64,000 bases of DNA from Rubripirellula sp. (GTDB lineage: Bacteria > Planctomycetota > Planctomycetia > Pirellulales > Pirellulaceae): assembly GCA_965216875.1 (NCBI GenBank), contig OZ244207.1, forward strand, positions 3,872,001 to 3,936,000, in the 5' to 3' direction. Below, piece after piece: positions 59,454-64,000 of this stretch. Both the position numbers and the translations under genes were made by a program. Positions within the stretch are counted from its first letter, which is position 1. Every line of letters starts with the position of its first letter. Under the pieces are notes generated by a model. That model made no database searches. It saw only the letters and a list, made by a program, of their open reading frames with translations, and had not been told where the DNA came from.

Positions 59454-62066
59454 TTACTGGTCGGTGTAGACCTGGGTGCTCTCTTCTTTCGTGACTGGCA
59501 CCTGTGATTGGTCACTCGCCACGACTGCCTTGACAAGGTGTGTTCCCGCCGCGACGCCTTGGACGCGGACGCGATAGGTCACATCTTTGCCTGGCTCAAG
59601 TTGCGGTTGAGTGCGGAAGACGACCAATCCGCGACCATCGGTTTGCGCATCGCCGTCAGCTTCAATCAACTGCAGCGAAGGTGGCAATTGAAGCTGGACT
59701 TGCACGTTCGAATCGGCACGTGTTCCCGAGTTCTGAACTTTGATCTCGTACATCGTTTCGCTGCCAACTTCGATCGGGCCGCCGGCATTCGTGATCGTGA
59801 AGTTCAATTCCGCGAATGCATCCACCGTGATGGCCCGTTCGTTCTTGGCGACGACATCAAGATCCGCTCGCGCTTCGATATTGATCGCGCGTTGCCCTTG
59901 TTCCACTGGCAACAACGTCAGTGGTACACGTCCGCTTTCACCTGGAGGCAATTGCGAAACGAACCACCGCACGGTGTGCCGCGAGGCATCGTAAACGCCT
60001 TCGTTTTCGGTACTGACAAAGGTAAAGCCCCGATCAAGCTGGACAGCGATTTCAACGTTGTCTGCCGGCGCCGTTCCGACGTTTGCAATCTCGAGGTAAT
60101 AGGTGGCTTGACGTTCAAGGAATCGTTTCCCTGGGCCAGCCAACACAACTTGCAGTTGCGGCGCGACCACTTCGACATTGATCGAGTGTTCTGCGGCAAG
60201 CCCGTCATCACCAACCAGACGGATGTGGTTTTGAATCATCCCCGGTTTGACCGCGCGAAGTCGCAACACCTGGCGACGCGTTTCACCAGGAGCGAGAGTG
60301 CCAATGCGGTTGTCGAGTTTGCGTCCTTTGGGATGCTCGAGTCCCTCGGGCACATCTTCTTGCAAGATGACGCCGGTTGCTTCACCGGTTCCGGGATTCG
60401 AAACTTCGAGTTCGATTTCAAGCTGTTGACCAATCAACACTTTGTCGAGCGACTTCTGGACGATCTTCAATTCGGGTCGAGTGCTGATCGTTCGCACTGA
60501 CGCAGCTGCTTCAAAGGAGACACGTGCAACGCTGCCAAGCTCTCCCTCTTGCTCAGGAACCAACTGCATCGTGACGGTTCGTTCATCGCCAGCCGCCATG
60601 GCGCCAAGTTGCCAAAGCAACATGTCGCCTTGCATGACTGGTGCGGGCGAAGCATCGATCATTCGCATTCCGGCGGGAACACGATCGTGGACTCTGACAT
60701 CGAGTGCTTCCACCGCTCCTACGTTCTTGACGTGGATCACAAAGGAAGCTGGCTTGCCAACCTTCACTTCGTTGGGAGCGCGTTTTTGAATCACGATCGA
60801 CGGCGTTTGGACACCTTCGAGACGGCGGTCTCCCGGTGCGGAGTCGGTTGTCTCTGGTTGACTCAACGTTGCCGAAGCATCGGCAGCGTAAGGCTGCATG
60901 CCACCGACCTGCATCGTGTTGGGCTGAATCGCGTTAGGTTGGGCTGTGTGTGGGAGCGTCTGAGGGTCGGCTTGCAGTTGAAGCGATTGCCCTGGCTGCG
61001 GCAAACTCGCAATCCGTGCTTCGGGTTGAGCCGCTGGGTAGGTTTGATTCGCGGGCTGATAAGCGTCCGGCTGCAATTCAGACATCGCCGATACCGATCC
61101 GGCCTCACCGCCAAATCGAACGGGAGCGTTGGGCGACGGTTGGGCGACGGCCGGATAGTCGACCGAATCGGTCAACCCGTCGGCAGTGTCGATGGTTGCG
61201 GCAGCAACGCCACCGGCAACCGCAGCAGCCGCGCCTGGTATCAAGCCGGTGTCAATGTTGGGTGCGGAGGGTTGGGCCGACAGCTCGACGTTGCCACCTT
61301 TGAATTGGGGTGCCGATGGGAATCCTGATGGGGCTTCGGTTTCTGTCGTTGCCCCGCGCATCGGATTGTCACTGCCCATTTCGGCTCGCAGCGCGTTGGG
61401 GTACTCAGGTGAGATGGCTGCCGAAGGCTCATTGGTGTCGCCCACGGCTTGACCGGCGGCGAAACCGATGGCAGCCGCACCGATCGCTGGTGCTGCCGAA
61501 GGTCCGTCGACATCATCCGATCCGGGCAATGGGGGAACGGCGAGTGGATTGAAGGCAGGTGCGTCGTCTACCACCGTCGTGTTTTCGGTTGGCATATTTG
61601 GGAGCGCCAAAGTCGCTGCTGGGCTCGCCTCGGCGGCTTCGGCTGCTCCGACGGCTTCGGCTTCGCCGGCAGTCGGCAATGCCCAGCCTGGTGCTTCCGC
61701 AGCAGAAACAACGGGCGCGTCGATCGTGTCGCCACCACCCATCGCAGGCAGGGCGAGTGTCGGAGCGTCGCCGACAGATTCTTCGGTGTGCTGGACCAAT
61801 TGGATTGCGGACCCGCGACCAAAGACATCATCGGTGTTTGGGGCGGTTTCTTCACCTAACGGCGCTGGCGAAATCTCGGCCGCAGCCAGTTCGCCACTCA
61901 CCGCAGCCAAGGGTGCTGGCGGTTGGCTTAGTGAAGGAGGTGTCGTTGCGACCCACTCTTCAGATTTCGTGTTTTGGCGGTCCTTTTGAGCCTGAGCAGC
62001 AGCAAATGCACCCAGAACGAGCGTGACCGCACCAACACCAATTCGTGCGCCTAACGAATTCATCAT
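59454..62066 (-). CDS. DUF11 (conserved repeat domain) protein with long low-complexity N-terminal region
   Basis: Four Ig-like repeats (V.N.G...A..V...D..P.G); Pro/Ala-rich region of about 400 aa after a signal/anchor. Confidence 0.85.
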   Translation of the reverse strand: MMNSLGARIGVGAVTLVLGAFAAAQAQKDRQNTKSEEWVATTPPSLSQPPAPLAAVSGELAAAEISPAPLGEETAPNTDDVFGRGSAIQLVQHTEESVGDAPTLALPAMGGGDTIDAPVVSAAEAPGWALPTAGEAEAVGAAEAAEASPAATLALPNMPTENTTVVDDAPAFNPLAVPPLPGSDDVDGPSAAPAIGAAAIGFAAGQAVGDTNEPSAAISPEYPNALRAEMGSDNPMRGATTETEAPSGFPSAPQFKGGNVELSAQPSAPNIDTGLIPGAAAAVAGGVAAATIDTADGLTDSVDYPAVAQPSPNAPVRFGGEAGSVSAMSELQPDAYQPANQTYPAAQPEARIASLPQPGQSLQLQADPQTLPHTAQPNAIQPNTMQVGGMQPYAADASATLSQPETTDSAPGDRRLEGVQTPSIVIQKRAPNEVKVGKPASFVIHVKNVGAVEALDVRVHDRVPAGMRMIDASPAPVMQGDMLLWQLGAMAAGDERTVTMQLVPEQEGELGSVARVSFEAAASVRTISTRPELKIVQKSLDKVLIGQQLEIELEVSNPGTGEATGVILQEDVPEGLEHPKGRKLDNRIGTLAPGETRRQVLRLRAVKPGMIQNHIRLVGDDGLAAEHSINVEVVAPQLQVVLAGPGKRFLERQATYYLEIANVGTAPADNVEIAVQLDRGFTFVSTENEGVYDASRHTVRWFVSQLPPGESGRVPLTLLPVEQGQRAINIEARADLDVVAKNERAITVDAFAELNFTITNAGGPIEVGSETMYEIKVQNSGTRADSNVQVQLQLPPSLQLIEADGDAQTDGRGLVVFRTQPQLEPGKDVTYRVRVQGVAAGTHLVKAVVASDQSQVPVTKEESTQVYTDQ

Positions 62067-62347
62067 CGGAATACCTTCCTTGCAGCCCGCTGCTGTTATG
62101 CGCCGCAGCTCCAATCCGTTGGAGTCGGCGAATTCGCGGGATTTTTCCTAAAGATTTGCTTTGCATAGCAGATCTCTAACGACCAGGTGAAGGCGACTTT
62201 GAGATTTTGGCGGACCTGAATCGCGACCTCACACCCAATCCATGCCGTTTGCAAGCATGCGACGAAGGCCGAGAGAGATGGTGAAGAAAGAGCCTTACAT
62301 GATGCGAATCATGGGAATCGCAGTCGCCAAGTCGCAAGCGTCAGCAT

Positions 62348-63256
62348 TCAATCACGACGCCAAAGATGGCCAGCATCCTGTGGCTGGAAGTGCAACGTCT
62401 GCAATTGTTTTTGCAACTCGGTGCGGTCGTCATCAACGACGGTTTCGACTGAAAAGATGTGTCGCTCGGCGAGTGACTGAAGCATCGACGCGAGCAAAAA
62501 GGATTCCGCCGGCTCCAACGTGCCACGTTCGTGAGCCTCGTTCAAATCGACGAGTGCATGTGACGATTTCATGACTTCGGCCTCGGGGTCACTACACCAC
62601 AGATCGAGCGAGGTCAGGAGCGATCCACTTTTGTCGCTCAACTGGTAGCGGTCGACATCAAAATGGGCCATGGCCGAGGCCGTTCGGGGATCAGCAGAGG
62701 TCGTCGCCTGGCGGTCCATTTTGCTTGTACGACGAAGCTGCACCGCTTCCCGACTGATTGGGGGGCGATACCCTTCGGACGAGGCAACCATTCGCACCGA
62801 GCGCCGCGACACCTCAAAACCATTTTGGGTAAGCCATTGGTGACTTCGACGGTCAAATTCCGGGATGCCCACACCATGCCCGACTGGCTCGAGCCCGGCA
62901 TAGCCAAAGTGGTTGTCGCGGACGATGCCAGCGACAACCGGCTTGGGGGCCAAAGCATGAGCATGCTTGATGGCGCCGGAAAGCAATTCGTTGCCGACTT
63001 GGTCCTGGGCTTCAGGAACCACACACAACGAACAAAGGACAAAGTTCGAATCGTTGTCACAGAGATGGCAAAAACCGCTGATTCCGTTTTCTGCTTCGCT
63101 GACAATCAACAGCGATGCATCAAAAAAAGTTCTCGCAAGAAGCGCCTGTTCCATCATCGCCATGGTCACCTGGGGTGGTGGAGCCATGGTCGACCAATGA
63201 CGGATCCATACGTCGGCCAACGCCGGGACGTCGGCATTGCGAAACGTGCGAATCAT
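62348..63256 (-). CDS. GNAT-like fold hypothetical protein
   Basis: MIRTFRNAD.PAL..VW, ISGFCH, VGNELLSGA, WLTQNGF; second half ends L..LHFQ; ATG 63256 preferred. Confidence 0.65.
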   Translation of the reverse strand: MIRTFRNADVPALADVWIRHWSTMAPPPQVTMAMMEQALLARTFFDASLLIVSEAENGISGFCHLCDNDSNFVLCSLCVVPEAQDQVGNELLSGAIKHAHALAPKPVVAGIVRDNHFGYAGLEPVGHGVGIPEFDRRSHQWLTQNGFEVSRRSVRMVASSEGYRPPISREAVQLRRTSKMDRQATTSADPRTASAMAHFDVDRYQLSDKSGSLLTSLDLWCSDPEAEVMKSSHALVDLNEAHERGTLEPAESFLLASMLQSLAERHIFSVETVVDDDRTELQKQLQTLHFQPQDAGHLWRRD

Positions 63257-63397
63257 ATTCACAGCAGCAAGTCTCGGTTCGTCATTCGCCAACAAGAAAC
63301 GGGGCATTGGCGGTCGGGGCACTCCCCAATCATGCCACATTGTTGCCACCGAAAGAAGGCCTGCGGTTACATGAAGCAGGAGACGCGAGGATTCCGC

Positions 63398-63438
63398 GTA
63401 GGCCAGATCAAGGCGCGACAGAGACGCGGATCCGGCAC
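63398..63438 (+). repeat. Family E REP, followed by a degenerate family B arm (63458-63474)
   Basis: GTAGGCCAGATCAAGGCGCGACAGAGACGCGGATCCGGCAC; CTGGCGTGCGTAGCTAC. Confidence 0.75.
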
Positions 63439-63533
63439 CACACACTCCACCGCAAACCTGGCGTGCGTAGCTACGGTTGGCAACGCCAGCTAGAATCTTC
63501 GCCCCTCGCGAATTTCCCGACACGCTTCATCCC

Positions 63534-64000
63534 ATGCCCGCATCCAACGCCAAACAGCCGGCCGAAAAACTGCCAAGTGACAATCGCGCAGGGCAGGGTG
63601 GAATCCTCTTTTTGGTGTCGCTGCTGATTTTCTTTTTGGCCAGCATCTGCCTCTATGGGCTTTACGCGTATTGGCGGCGTGACGCCCCCCAATCGACCAC
63701 GCCACTTCCCAATCAATTCCTCTTCAGCACGATCTGTCTGCTCGGAATCAGCGGGCTGGTCCATTGGGCGACGCGAATGGTTCGCCGCGACCGCCTTTCA
63801 AACACCGGCAAACTGCTTGGAATCAGTGCACTGTTGGCACTCATGTTCATGGCCGTCCAAGTGCTTGCGATGAGCGAATTGTTGCAAAGCCGAGCCAATT
63901 CGGCTGGCCTTGGCTACGGCGTGGCTGGGATGATCGTCGTCCTTGCCGTGCTGCACGGTCTTCATGTGTTGGGGGGAGTGGTCGCACTCTTTGTGGTCGC
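63534..64000 (+). CDS. Cytochrome c oxidase subunit III family protein (3' truncated; not in the ORF track)
   Basis: MPASNAKQ...GILFLVSLLIFFLAS...STICLLGIS...FMAVQ...LAVLHGLHVLGG; open to the window end. Confidence 0.85.
   Translation, partial: MPASNAKQPAEKLPSDNRAGQGGILFLVSLLIFFLASICLYGLYAYWRRDAPQSTTPLPNQFLFSTICLLGISGLVHWATRMVRRDRLSNTGKLLGISALLALMFMAVQVLAMSELLQSRANSAGLGYGVAGMIVVLAVLHGLHVLGGVVALFVV

Overview
Bacterial chromosomal window from a planctomycete, most likely family Pirellulaceae. This assignment rests on the 16S sequence, the PSCyt/PSD1 + DUF1501 pair, an FhcB-like gene, and DUF1570 and DUF11 proteins. Contents, left to right: the end of a chemotaxis cluster (MCP-cheB-cheR); an O-methyltransferase; an AIM24 protein; small orphan membrane and LRR genes; a stand-alone 16S rRNA unit (two promoters, boxA, processing stem and terminator, with no linked tRNA or 23S); HDOD and AAA-ATPase genes; a RegB/RegA-type redox two-component pair; arfB; a secreted transglutaminase-like protein; ppnP; a sulfotransferase; a degenerate CpsB-like phosphatase; the DUF1553/DUF1501 pair; fhcB; a 2790-aa TPR/alpha-2-macroglobulin protein; gltA; a purA-uppS-cdsA-phoH-(7TM-HD)-ybeY-hemolysin run; an AarF kinase; an ABC permease; DUF1570, DUF11 and GNAT-like genes; and a partial cytochrome oxidase subunit III-family gene. 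Intergenic DNA carries at least eight families of short palindromic REP-like repeats, several GTAG-led, arranged as doublets, tandem arrays and nested mosaics. The best leads are the thioester-less alpha-2-macroglobulin with a duplicated TPR+MG module, the REP system, a candidate terminator/antiterminator leader ahead of an unannotated 59-aa ORF, and a primer-evading 16S helix-14 variant. All calls come from motif recognition by eye; no database searches were run and several start codons are best guesses.
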